Source: Dicyema japonicum (taxonomy: Eukaryota > Animalia > Dicyemida). From it: 51,379 nt of DNA. The position numbers and the translations under genes were made by a program. The stretch lies in assembly GCA_011109175.1 (NCBI GenBank), contig RDEW01000014.1, positions 1,089,661-1,141,039 of the forward strand, given 5' to 3'. The notes under the pieces are model-generated. The model was not told the DNA's origin, did no database searches, and worked only from the letters and a program-made list of their open reading frames with translations. Shown piece by piece: positions 11,520-24,071 of this stretch; the stretch's first letter is position 1, and each line of letters opens with the position of its first letter.

Positions 11520-14500
11520 TATTATTATTACCCCCAGGATCACTGGGTCAAAGAGAAAGAAATAAAAGTTCTCATCTAAGTGATCCCAGACCGACAAAGG
11601 AGAGGACGAGTCTGGCGGGGTCGAGAATCCTGAACAGCTCTTCTCATTGGACATGAAAATTTCTGTATGATTGTAGATAATTCGATAGTGTATGGATTAG
11701 AGGGCAGCTCGGTAAAATAGCCTCCTTTAAGAATTTCCGTTGTAATTAGATTAAGAAATTTTCAATGGACTGGATTTTGTGTTCTGGTCCAATTAACCTT
11801 ATTGCAGTCTCCTCGATTTCGGATAGTTTCAATGAGAAGGATCGTGAAATCTGCATTGCCCACGAAGGACTTGCATACGTCATCGTTGGTCGGATAAATT
11901 GTTCATAAATCGTGGCAAAGCTCCCAGTTTTGTCTCTAAGTGTTTTTGAGAGCACTTTTAAAATTCTCATTTTCTTCAGAGCAGAAGTGACTTTGTCTCA
12001 ACATGGCGGATAAAGTTGAGTCCCTGATCCTAGGTGACTTCCAAAATCCTTGGTGTTTTGTTAATAGGAATAGCTTGTTCTTCATAAAGATTTTTGGTTC
12101 GACACAGAGCTGTCTTTTGTAAGTGGTAAACAGCGTGACAGAAGACTGTTGTTGATGCGTCGAGTCTTCGCTTCGAAAGCCATAGTTCCAAGTTTTCAAG
12201 CATTTTTTCAGCGGACTGAGTCGCTGATTGAATGCTTCTGTCCTTGGAGGCAATAATGATATCGTCGGCATAGGAGAGGATTAGGAAGTTTTCATTACAG
12301 GTTTGTGGCATGTTGTTTATGTAGAGATTGAAGAGTTGGGGTGATAGTGGGGAGCCTTGAGGGACTCCATTTGGGAAATAGCGAGATCTTGATTTGATGT
12401 TGCATAGGAGAGGATTAGACAGTTTTCATTACAGGTTTGTGGCATGTCGTTTATGTAGAGATTGAAGAGTTGGGGTGATAGTGGGGAGCCTTGAGGGACT
12501 CCATTTGGGAAATAGAGAGATCTTGATTTGATGTTAATGCAGAGTACTTGTGCTCGTCTTCCATTTAGGAAGTTTCCAAGCCAAAGTTTCAAGTTTGAAT
12601 GGATGTTGGTTTCAAATATTTTCTTTGTTAGGAGTTTCCTAGGGAGTGAGTCGAACGCTTTTGTGATGTCCACGGATATAAGTACTGTGTTCTGATGGGG
12701 TTTGTGGGAGTTAAATCCTTCCACAATGAATTGTGTGAGGGTTGTAAGGTGTGTTGTTGTCGAATGATTATCCAGGAATCCGTTTTGGGTCGGAGGTATT
12801 GAGATTGAGTCCTGTATTTTTTCCAAAACAAGCCTTTCAAGGATCCTTGAGACCGGACTTAGAATAGATATTGGGTGATAGGAAGATGGTTCATCTATTT
12901 GTTTGTTGGGTTTTCGGATAGGTCTGATTAGAGACTTCTTCCATATTTCAGGGATTGTATTTGTGTTGATGGATAGGTTGAAGATATAGGATAATAGTTC
13001 CAGGGTTAGATGACCTAGGTGCTTCAGTTCACATGTGGTTATGTTGTCTGGTCCTTTAGACTCTGAGTTATTGGCCTTGGATATGGCTCTGCGAACATCC
13101 TGACTAGTAAATGGGATCCAGTCATCGGAGCGTTTCGGTTCAATCTTTTTCAGGAATACTTTTTGTTTTTTTGAAAACTTCTTGTAGGATATAGACCAGG
13201 GGTTCTCAACCTTTTTAGCTCAAGGGCCAAATCGATAATTGAGTATCTTTGCGGGCCGCACAAAAAATATTTTATTTGATTAAAGAAAAAAGGCTTTATT
13301 ACGTAATAAGAGAATCAATGTGAGACTTGATTTTGCTTGGCGTCTACTATTTTATCGAAACGAGGAGTAAAGTTCAAAGACGATGTACGTAAAAGTTGAA
13401 TTAGGTGTTCATTAGTCAATCGATTTCGATGCTTACTTTTTATTCGCGTATGTTTACTGAAAAGAGCTTCACATGCATACGTTGATCCTAAGAGTGATGC
13501 ATTTTTTTGATCGACCAAGTTCGGATATTTCCATTGTGGAATTCGACTCCAAAAATCCAATAGTTCACTTGACTTAAATAGCGCGGTAAGTTGTAAATCT
13601 GCCTGCATTTCAATTAGCTCCAGCTGATATACATATGGAGCGGTTGCAGCATCTGTTTCCATAGGTGACGAAAATATTTTCATAATAGGTATAGCTTTTT
13701 TAAAATCATTAAAACGTGTTTTGAATTCATCGATTAAGTCACTAATAACAGAGGTATATTTTTCATATGATCCATCTTCTTTGTGGTTTGAAAGTATTGG
13801 AAAATGAATGGTAACTCTACTTGCAATTTGTATTTTGAAAAGGTGTAGTTTTTCGATAAATGCAGAAACCAGTCCATCGATTAAGTCACTAATAACAGAG
13901 GTATATTTTTCATATGATCCATCTTCCCTGTGGTTTGAAAGTATTGGAAAATGAATGGTAACTCTACTTGCAATTTGTATTTTGAAAAGGTGTAGTTTTT
14001 CGATAAATGCAGAAACCAGTCCGTATAATTCATGACATAGTTTATTCTTACCCTGCAGAGAAGTATTCAAAATCGAAAGGTGTGTAGAAATATCAACCAT
14101 AAATGCTAAATCCGCAATCCACTCCTTATCAGTAAGCTGAAGATAGAATATCTTATTGTCAATAAAATTTATAATCTCCGGGAGAAGGTCATAAAATCTA
14201 AATGCGATTTATTTAAAATTTATACAACCTTTTCAGACATGCTGCCCGACTCAACCATCGTACGGTTGTATGCATGAGCAAATCTCCATACTCACATCAA
14301 CATCCTCGAGAAATTTCTTAAAATTGCGGTGATTTAAAGCACGAGAGAGAATAAAGTTTCTGTTACATGGTCCATTTTTATAGATTTTGCAGCTAAATTT
14401 TCTTGATGTAGTATGCAGTGATGCCAAATCACAGGACTCATATCCAGCTACGAGACCTTGAAACCCAGTTTTCCATCCAACCATAGAAGGACATCCATCT

Positions 14501-16950
14501 GTGGCAATTGAAAACATTTTTGAAAGATCCGAAGTGCCTTTTTAAGGCAATCACGAAATTCACGGAATATATCAGCTCCTTTAGTAGAACCATGAAAGTT
14601 ACGTAGCGTGAGAAATTCTTCATAAATTTTAAAGTCAGGCATGACACCTCGAATATACACAGCCATTTGTTCTGTATCACTAACATCTTTAGTGATGTCA
14701 AGAGCAATAGAATAATGTACGAAAAAGTAGGATTCAGTGAGTAGCTGGCATTGAATATCGTCAGATATTCTCTCAATTCTCCGAGTAACTGTATCGTTGC
14801 TTAGCTGTAAGTTTATAACATTTTTTTAATTTCTGAAGAACAACATTTTTCAGTAAATATAAGGATAGCTTGCTTAATAAATTCTCTGGCATTGAATATC
14901 GTCAGATATTCTCTCAATTCTCCGAGTAACTGTATCGTTGCTTAGCTGTAAGTTTATAACATTTTTTTAATTTCTGAAGAACAACATTTTTCAGTAAATA
15001 TAAGGATAGCTTGCTTAATAAATTCTCCATCTGAATACGGCTTCATATTTTTTGGTAGTAGATGACAAATTTTGAAAGAAGCTATTGTAGCGGATCTTGA
15101 TGACATGGGCTGTTTAAACAAAGTGGTTTGTAGTTTGCGATTTGATTTCATAGATAGAAATTTGATTTTTCTTGATTCACCTTGAAATGAATCATATTCT
15201 GAAGAATGTTTCATATAATGCCTCTCGACATTATATAACCTAAGACAACGTATAACAAAATGACAAATCAGGCAATGTGCTTTGCCATTTTCTTCAAAAA
15301 CGAAAAATTGTTCCTCCCATTCGGGGTTAAATGCACGATTTTCTTGAATAATTTTTCTACTTCTTTTAACACGTTTTCCAGACATCACAAGCAATATTAA
15401 TTAAAATTCAATACAAAAAATATTCATTTTCTTCAAAAACGAAAAATTGTTCCTCCCATTCTGGGTTTAATGCACGATTTTCTTGAATAATTTTTCTACT
15501 TCTTTTAACACGTTTTCCAGATATCACAAGCAATATTAATTAAAATTTAATACTAAAAATATTTAATTTAAAAACAATAGTTAATATATGTAAAAATTTT
15601 TTGACAATAAAAAGTTTATTGTTTACAAACAGAAAGAAAAAGCACAGTTAAAATCCGGCTGCATTATGTAAAATATGTAATATTTTTTATAATTTTAAGC
15701 GGGCCCCACCAAAATCCTGGGGGGCCGCCGTTGAGAATTCCTGATATAGACGTATAATATTTTATCAGTGTAGGTTTTATGTAGACTTAGACTTTTCTCT
15801 CTGGGGTGGATCTTTTGATGTTTTTGATCCACTTCCACACTCTCTGCATTGGGGGGTTTTTACAGAGAGCCTTCGATAGTCTCGTCCATCATTTGCATTT
15901 TCTGTCTTTATGCTGTTGTCGATCTCTCTGTTCAATTCTCGTATTTTCCTGATGTTCTCTTCTGTTGGCGATTTTACCATCTTTAGATTATTTCGTTCTC
16001 TGATCAGATGTTTCGTCGTTGTGTTGAAACGTTTTGATGACGTTGGTTGTCTCCCCATAGGAATGTACTTCTTTTTCGCATCGTTTATAATNTTTTCCTG
16101 ATGTTCTCTTCTGTTGGCGATTTTACCATCTTTAGATTATTTCGTTCTCTGATCAGATGTTTCGTCGTTGTGTTAAAACGTTTTGATGACGTTGATTGTC
16201 TCCTCATAGGAATGTGCTTCTTTTTTGCATCGCTTATAATGGAGTTGAACCATTTCATTAATTGTTCGACGGAGGGAAAGTGGGAAATTTAATAGTCCAA
16301 TACAATCATCGACGTATTCCTTGAATCCTCTCCAATTTGCAAGGCTGTAGTTAGTTATCGTTGGGCATTGTCTTTTTATTTGTGACCTTGTTTTGACCTC
16401 CAAAAATATTGGATTGTAATCACTCCTGGTGTCATACTTCACTGACCAGTCAATAAGAAAGACCAAGGACGGTGATGACAATGAGATGTCGATAGAAGAA
16501 GGTTTATCGTTACGTCGAGTAGGTGTTCTTGTATGAGATGCAGGATCGTTGAGTATACATAGGCTGGGAGGTCCTCAATTATCATCTTCCCTCTTTTGTC
16601 GTAGGTTTGTCCTGTCAGCCACAGTGGGTGCTTCGCATTGAAGTCACCACAGATAATCACATCCTTCAGTGATGCGAGAGGAGTGAGTCTGGAGGCACTG
16701 GACGAGCAGGAACTCAACGGTGGGAGATATGCGTTGACATTGATAGTCTTGGGAATCGTACTTTGGTAACCAAAAGTTCGAGATTTCCATATCCTTTAAG
16801 CATAGTGTAAGCACTTTTAGTTAAGTCCTCAAACGGAATGCCGTTGCGGATAACTGTAAGAAGACCCCCACCAAGTTTGCCAATTCTGTCACGGCGAATT
16901 ACTGTGAATCCCGGAAATACTGGTGTTGAATTCTTTGGAGAAAGTTTAAA
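11520..16950 (-). mobile_element. Decayed APE-LINE split by the hAT insertion
   Basis: APE (RRDRIGKLGGGLLT, IICGDFNAKHPLW, SDYNPI) at 16173-16940. RT (DITKAFDS, GVPQGSPLSPQLFNLYINDMP, SYADD) at 11746-13190. 3' tail GGGGGTAATAATAAT at ~11520. Confidence 0.85.
13197..15743 (-). mobile_element. hAT DNA transposon (GTF2IRD2/Spin/Charlie-like transposase, disrupted)
   Basis: TIRs CAGGGGTTCTCAAC / CAGGAATTCTCAAC. 8-bp TSD ATATAGAC at 13189-13196 and 15744-15751. BED-like zinc finger (FNPEWEEQFF..CLIC..RHY), SIATDG, and C-terminal dimerisation motif (GSTYACEALFS..K...RNRLT). Confidence 0.93.
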
Positions 16951-17700
16951 CTCTAGAATTAGCAGAGATGTTTCACTAAAGAGAGGCGTTCCGCAGGGCT
17001 CTGTCCTGAGCCCACTGTTATTCAACATTTTTTTGTCCAACTTCCCAATCTCGTCGGACCCGAATTCGAAATTATTAATATACGCAGATGGCATCCTCAT
17101 TATGGACATCTCTAAAAAGTCCCGGGGGAATGTTATGGTCAAACTGGACATCAAGAACGCCTTCAGAGGGGAGGCTCAAGACATTCATTAACCAAGTGCA
17201 AGACTAGTATGACCGGAGAAGGATGAAGCTCTCGACGGAGAAGTCAAACTCTATGAGAATCAGCCGTGTAAGAAGTCATTATGTACAGCCTTACACGCTT
17301 GGAATACCAAGAGTACGTTTGCTCTGCTACTTTGGTGTAACAGTCGATCATAAAGGATCATTCCTGGAGGATATCAAGCTGAAGAGGAAAAAAGCGCTGT
17401 AGGCGCTCCTCTGCACACGTAAGCTGGTCGTCAGTACTGAGACCTTCCTCTTCATATTAATGAGAATAATTTTATCGAAGTTATTAAATGGATGTGAGGC
17501 CTATCCAGGGAAAAGTCTAGATCAGCTATATAGTTAGTCTTGGGCAGAAGACTACAAAACGTCCTAAGCATAGGAGGACGAAATTCTTGTCCCAGTGAAA
17601 CAGATAGTTTAGGATTCGTGAATTCCGCGAAAGAACTCAGGGAAATTAAGGAGAGACGAGTAAATGTCCAGCGAGTAAAGGCGGACTTATAAAGCCCTAT
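16950..17700 (+). mobile_element. Rearranged LINE RT fragments
   Basis: RGVPQGSVLSPLLFNIF..IYADG fused out of order to KLDIKNAF, followed by a degenerate thumb region. Confidence 0.65.
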
Positions 17701-17849
17701 AGTAACTCCTAATCAGTTTATAGTTGTTGTTGTTTTTTTAATTACATTATTGGACAAGGATGTGTGCTCAAAGATGTTATTGACTTTCTTTTAATTAATA
17801 GGTTAAACATATTTTGAATACAAGACAATAATGAATACTCTAACCATAA

Positions 17850-18150
17850 CCCTGATCCAAATCCGAAATGTTTATGCACTGCATAGAAATGGTCATTCCT
17901 GAATCAAGTTAATCAAAGAATGTTCAGTCATATTTTTCCATCATAAAAATGTTATTGAAACTGTTGTAAAAGATTGTTCAGTATGCAGGTATTCCTCTTA
18001 ATGTATGAAATTAATATATCATTTGATTGCCTCTATACCAAATTAACGATTTAAGTGGACTTAATCGATGTCAAAAATTTGTGTACTTCAAATGAAGACT
18101 ACAAATGGATTTTAATGCCCCAAGATAGTTTCTAATTAAAGTTTTTGTAA
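17850..18150 (+). mobile_element. Degenerate integrase fragment (HHCC + first catalytic Asp region)
   Basis: H..GH..VVKDCSVC..VDLIDVKNL..NEDYKWIL, read across stops. Confidence 0.5.
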
Positions 18151-18470
18151 GACAATAAATGGGATAAACATTCTGTCGGCTTTCGAATTATAGGTTAATA
18201 TCTTACATTCTTTTTTTAATATTTTCAGATAAAATCTTAAAACTCGTAATATTTTGTTATACTTTGTGTTATAAAATTATGAATACTTTTTTCTAGTTCA
18301 TTCTGATACCAGTTTTTCATGCCTGTTGTTAGAAAAGCTACTACAAAGAAGACTACTAAAATCAAAAAGACTAACTCTGGAGAGGTCTTAAAGGAGAATT
18401 ATATTGAAAACAATGAGACTACCTCTGGAGGGGTTTTAAAGAATAGCTGTATTGAAAATGTTACGCAATC

Positions 18471-19530
18471 ATGGATGCCAATAACTCCCGTTTCCGAGGT
18501 GTTGACAATATCTCGATGATGGAACTGAAACACCTTAGTGAAAAAGCAACCGAATTCCTATCATACGTTTATACTCTATCTGTGAACAATTATATGATAC
18601 CTTCTATATGCAAGAAATCCATAATTCTGCCAATTCGGAAGCCAAATAAACCTGCAAACGATTCTTATCGTCCTATTGCAATACTATGTGCGTTGTCCCG
18701 AATTTTAGAAAAATTAATATTAACACGAATCAAAGATATTGCACCAAATCGAGTATTCCAGCATGGATTCCTTGAAAATCATTCTACTACGACTCACCTA
18801 ACAAAATTAAACCACATAAAAGGACCATAATGGCCTCAATAGACTTGAAGAAAGCATTCGACTCCGTGTCCCGGACACTACTTATAGAGAAAATTCCTAA
18901 CATTTTTATAAATCCAAACATTAAAAAATGGCTGTTGAACTTTCTAAATGGAAGAAGAGGACAAGTGATGTTAGACAACATAAAATCTAAATCCTGTTTA
19001 TTGCCGAATGGTATCCCTCAATGTTCACCTCTCTCTCCCCTACAACAATGACTTTCCCACCAATGATGATCCCGATACATTGATACTCTCATACACAGAT
19101 GACATTGTTCTTGCGACGAGAGACTCTAACTATAAGAAGGCAGGGATAAAACTTCAAAGTTATATTGGTATGTTGGAACATTAATGTCCTTCCTGGAGCT
19201 CGATGATTTTTGAATCGTCGTCTCAAAAAATTAGAAGCCGCACAACTTGCTGCCTTGAAAATAATAAGAAAACCGTGAATAACGTATTGAATGTTAAAGA
19301 ACATCTAAGGTGGAAAGTGAAGTCATTTCTACAGTGGGCAATGAAAATATGTCTGTCCGCTTTCACTCTCTATATCTAACTATTTAAAAAATGCGGGGAA
19401 TCTATGGAGAATGAAAATGAACCTTGTTTTTCAGCAATTCTGTTGGATCTTCGAGGACCCCGAACGAGAATCAGAACCCGGTAAACCGGGATCACTTAAT
19501 TAGTAGTTAACTTTTAACTTTTTATAATCC
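18471..19530 (+). mobile_element. Decayed APE-LINE RT 3' portion
   Basis: YRPIAILCALSRILEK, QHGF, SIDLKKAFDS, GIPQCSPLSP. 3' motif CCGGGATCAC at 19486. Confidence 0.85.
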
Positions 19531-19589
19531 GGTGATCTTGAGGTAAAAAAAGAAATAATTGTCTACGTAATTCCAACAACCGTTATTAC

Positions 19590-19915
19590 ATGTTGTAGTA
19601 AGCACTTCCGCGTTGCCATAAGCACGCAAATGCCTAGGGTTTCGTTCATGCAGAACATACTTTATTTAAGTAAAGAACAGTTATTATAACTAATCATAGA
19701 GGGAGAACCAAAGAATACTCTTTACTTTTTGTTTTTTTTTCTTGTGTGCATGTCCCATTAGACTATCCAGTTCCGCAGTGAATTTCCACTGATGACGGCT
19801 TCACTCGTCAAGCCCTTTTTGCATCGTAGATGCGTGGAACCTTCCACCAGGTGAACAGCAGCGAGAATCGAACCCGTGACCTAAGCCACTTACCGCGACA
19901 CTTAACCACTGGCAA
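19590..19915 (-). mobile_element. tRNA-derived SINE with RTE-LINE-derived 3' tail
   Basis: A-box-like GCCAGTGGTTAAG and B-box GGTTCGATTC (19865-19874) with a T-stem but no acceptor stem. 19601-19650 matches 24072-24123. Confidence 0.7.
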
Positions 19916-20560
19916 TTACATGTCTCAGATTGATTTCATTTAGTTTTGGAAAAATAAGTTCTTCGTCTTGGGACACAAGAGTAAAAAATATCAAATTGTT
20001 AAAATATCTTGATTTAAATGCCTTTATTATTCCCATGTCTGATGGCTGTACAAGTGACCTAGTATTTGGCAGAAATAATAGTTTAACATTCGAATAAGAG
20101 AAATTTTTATGACATGTTGCATTGTCTAGCATTAACAATATTTTTGTATTTTAACAAATCATTTTTTCGTTCAACTTGCACGGCCACATATTAAAAATGT
20201 CTTAAGTCATCCAAAAATTTTTTGACGCTGCATACATCACTCCATGGTCCTCAGTATTGAAATTTTTGAAACATCGAGGAGATTTATACTTTCCTATTAG
20301 CAAAGGTTTTAACTTCTCCCCAAGCGCACTGTAACAAAGAAGAATGATGACTCTATTATTTTTTTATTCCAGTACAGTTATCATTTATTCCCACCAATGA
20401 TTTTGATGGATATCTTTTAACATATGATGTTTCATCGCAATTGAAACAATCTTAAAGCAGATTGACTACATTTCAAGATATTCGTTGGCTGTGTTTAATT
20501 CTTTAAGAGTAAAAATGGTCACTTAACTAATTTCTCTGCCCAACTATTCCCCCCATTACT
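19902..20560 (-). mobile_element. pogo/Tigger (DDE_1, CENP-B-like) transposase remnant
   Basis: LLMLDNATCH..VKLLFLP-NT.S.VQP.DMGIIKAFKSRY signature. Confidence 0.8.
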
Positions 20561-20599
20561 TGACCACGTGTCAATCCGAAACAAGGGGTCTAGTTTAAT

Positions 20600-21400
20600 C
20601 ACTCTCAGATTGCTTCTATTAATCAGCGTTAATAGCCGCCAAAACAGGTAAATTGAGTATAACCCATGCCTCTTTGAATTCTAATAAAAAAGAGCGTCAT
20701 GGATTAAAAAAACTGCGAGTACTATGGAAGAACGCAACAAAAACCTCTCGATCCTGTTGAAGTCTACCTTGATAACTTAATTAGAAGGTTTAACTCCTTA
20801 TTTCTTGGTGTTGCCTTTTTGTGGGTAGATAATAAATAATAATGAGTTTGCCATTAAGTCTCTCACTCTCTTTTACATTGTTTTAATTCCATACATCCCT
20901 GAGAGAAGCAGATGTAAACATTTGACGACCTCATTGTGTCTTTGGACGTCATCACTAACATTTACTACACTAAGTGGGCAAATGATCAGTTGTCTTGTTG
21001 TTTTTCTTGCTATGCATAATTAATTAGTAAAATCAATGCAATAGAGAAAACCCATTTAATGAATTCAGTTTGTCTTTGAAAGCATAGTTATCCTCTTCTT
21101 AAGGTCGGATAACTCTTTAATTACGAATATTATTTCCTTCAAGTACACCCAAATAAAGATATCCATTAATGCGTTCCAAAGTCTCACTAATGATATAACA
21201 CCGGAATCAGGTTTTTCAGATTCATCAAAAACGGACAATGTGTAAGAATCCCCTAGCAGCTTTCATCATTTTAATATATTACTTCAGAACAAATATCTTA
21301 GGATATTGCTTATAAATTTCTATCTTTTCCTATTTGATTAAATACACCAGTTATCCTTGTCCATCCTCTAATAATGTACTTTCTGCATCGATAACAGCAA
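20600..21400 (-). mobile_element. Highly decayed RLE-LINE fragment
   Basis: TTDHL.T.C..QRHNEVVKCLHL..MYGIK zinc-knuckle/RLE motif, read across stops. Confidence 0.55.
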
Positions 21401-21515
21401 AAACATCCATCAATTTTTGCGTTTCTGAGAGATTGTCTTTAGTAGAAAGGATACATTATTATAAACTAGTATATAAATCCTTAATCTCAAAATAAACAAA
21501 GGAATCATCAATCTC

Positions 21516-23174
21516 CTAAAAATTAGAATTATGAGGAGCATCGTAATCCATATACTCTTTCCTCTTCCCCCCATGTCCTTCATATTTATAAGTCTTTCCC
21601 CCTCCCCTATGATTATAGTCATCTAAGTTCAGACAATAACAACTTTTACGATGAGTCCTCCTTCTCTTAGGTGATGTCCCATCTCCCAAATAAGACCTCT
21701 GCAAACTCAGATTTGGTAGTGGTCTGTCAACATCAAACACAAAATTATTAAAGTATTTAACCTAAAATAACACCACCACTAACATAATCGCACAATCTCT
21801 CAATATTACTCCCATACTTCCTTTTTATGTGCTTATACACAAAGTCTTGACTCACAAAGAGTTTATTACTCAATACACACAAATACTTTCCTTCTTCAAC
21901 CTTTTGACAATTCTCACTCATAAATTTATCAATTTCCCTACAATATCCGACAAAACATACTCTTCCTCATTCATCACTCCTAGTCTAACTCCCTCCTCCT
22001 CACTCACTCTGCTACACAATTTCCTTCTGTTCATTCTATCCATCCACTCGTCTTACATTAAACACACATTTACTTATCACATCATCAGAATAAACAGCAT
22101 CCTTACACGAAAGTCTCCGCACGTGTATTACTGACATTGGTTGGGCAAAGGAGTACTCCTGTGTGTATTTAACTCCCCCATAATAGTCATATGAGTGGAC
22201 TAGTCTTAAATATAGCAATATTTTATCCAATATCTATTAATAACACAAACACGTCACCTTCAACAGATCCTCCACTTCCAAATTTGACATATCCGACTCA
22301 CCAGGGAGTATTGATTTGAGGATATCATTACATTTCCCCAAAATACTCTCATAATGAGTGGCAATTTCAGTAGCACGCATAATATCGTTTAACACCACTC
22401 TCCTATCCCACGTGGGTCCATCAACAATAATCACGGAATCCGTGGTGGATACTGATCTGAAAGCCCTGATCTTTGTGTTGTCCTTGATACTAAAATCCCC
22501 GTCATTTATTCGACAGATGAGCTTAGAGACAGAAATTCCAGGCTCAAACTGAAGGAAGACGTTGACCTTCCAATCATCCTTAAATCGTGGTGGTCGAATT
22601 TCCACCCTCTGGAATCCATTCTCCTTGCAAAAGAGCTCATTGATATCATTTCTGGTGACACGTGACGAAAGAGATGTTAGAAATACAAATACGGGGTCAC
22701 AAATCTGATCATTCGATATTAATGAAATGTCCTTGTAATTCCCTGTTCTATAAATAACGGAAACTACGAAATGAGTAAGAATTACTCACTTTTTATCATA
22801 AATAAGTGAATATGCTTTATATATTTGTCTGAGAGCGAAAAGTCAATAAAATTATGATTTAAAAGTCTGTCGTAGAGATTTTTCATGTTATTAGTGTTTT
22901 CTGTAAGTTTTTCCCTGTATTGATCAATAAAGGCTGGGTGGTAAAGCTCTTTAAGCCAATCTTCGTCCTTGTGGGCTTTAAAGAATTGTTTTATGTGATT
23001 CCTTTGACTGTTATCCTTGTAGGAATTATATCTTTGTATAGCCACGTGCTCACTAATATCGTCATCTTGGGTTTTCATAAATAATTCAAAAGAGAGTATG
23101 CTGTTTATTGGTTCATTTTCTTTGTGTCTTTTATTAAGTTTTTCTGAATATTCAGGGCGAGAACGTTTACTCAT
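21516..23174 (-). CDS. SRRT: Serrate/ARS2 RNA-processing effector; at least 5 tiny introns
   Basis: LSFELF..DDDISEHVAIQRYNSYK..FFKAHKDEDW..YHP, LDKILLYLRLVHSYDYY, LCVLSNKLF..DFVYKHI, YFNNF..DVDRP and terminal DYDAP. Introns 22764-22789 (or 22748-22785), 22234-22257, 22052-22073, 21938-21960, 21762-21783. Confidence 0.9.
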
Positions 23175-23329
23175 ATCAGATTCAACCAAAATGGGATTGC
23201 AATTAAATTTAAAAATTTATATTTGGAAAAATATTAAGTAATTATTTATACTCTTTATTTATACTTTATTAACTAACCAAAAACGTTAATATTCAACTAA
23301 CGCCTTGTTTCCTGATATTCTGTTTAGCG

Positions 23330-24070
23330 GGAATATAATCCGCGTTGCTCTTCTGCTAGACTTTTAAGTCTGCTTGGAACAACGATGTCGATGTGGTGAA
23401 TTGTTTACAGAAAAAGACTATACCCGCTGTCACGCAGACGGAGCTCCGGGAGATTTCATCGTCACACCATGTTAAACACGACTGTCATGAGAGCTATCGA
23501 AGACACCGTGTTGCTTTCTGGAACCCGTCGGTCTTGACAGGACTGGCGGCAATAGGCCGGTTGGCGTAACAACAATGCCATGGAGCCGAGGGAGGTGTCT
23601 TGCTTGTGATTCAACGTGTAAGCATACTTTTTCTAATGGGAGTTTGTTTAAGCCATCGTTGCGAGCGGGTTCCGCAAATGCCATGGAGCCGAGGGAGGTG
23701 TCTTGCTTGTGATTCAACGTGTAAGCATACTTTTTCTAATGGGAGTTTGTTTAAGCCATCGTTGCGAGCGGGTTCCGCAACAAGCACTGCTGAATATATG
23801 AAAAGGAGGAAGTACCACGGCACCGTGGGCTAGTTCGTTTTTTAGCCGATCTCAGTTGAGATGCCTGTAGTTATTGACCCTAGCACGTCTGAGTTTATCA
23901 GTTTAATCGGACAACTTGTAGGGAAGCGGAAGGGTGAACCTAGAATGATGAGATGGTCTTTCCAGAACATTGGGCTCTCGATTATGAATGGTAATTCGCA
24001 TTATGTGCTCTACGCTGCAGGCCATTACAGCGGAAAATTTGAGGAAGCAGTGAGATGGTTAGTTAGTTAA
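23330..24070 (+). mobile_element. CRE-like non-LTR retrotransposon 3' fragment (RLE domain), decayed
   Basis: EPVGLDRTGGNRPVGVTTMPWSRGRCLACDSTC..KRRKY..NGNS, homologous to 40429..40932. Confidence 0.75.
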
Positions 24071-24071
24071 T

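Noticed and set aside
19770-19820. Hammerhead ribozyme cores (CTGATGA here, at ~631 and at ~31946)
   Set aside because: No correctly placed GAAA with a closing stem II and III. Two of the three lie in LINE coding sequence.
19860-19915. Functional tRNA gene
   Set aside because: No acceptor stem or sound anticodon arm; it continues into a LINE-derived tail, so it is a SINE head.
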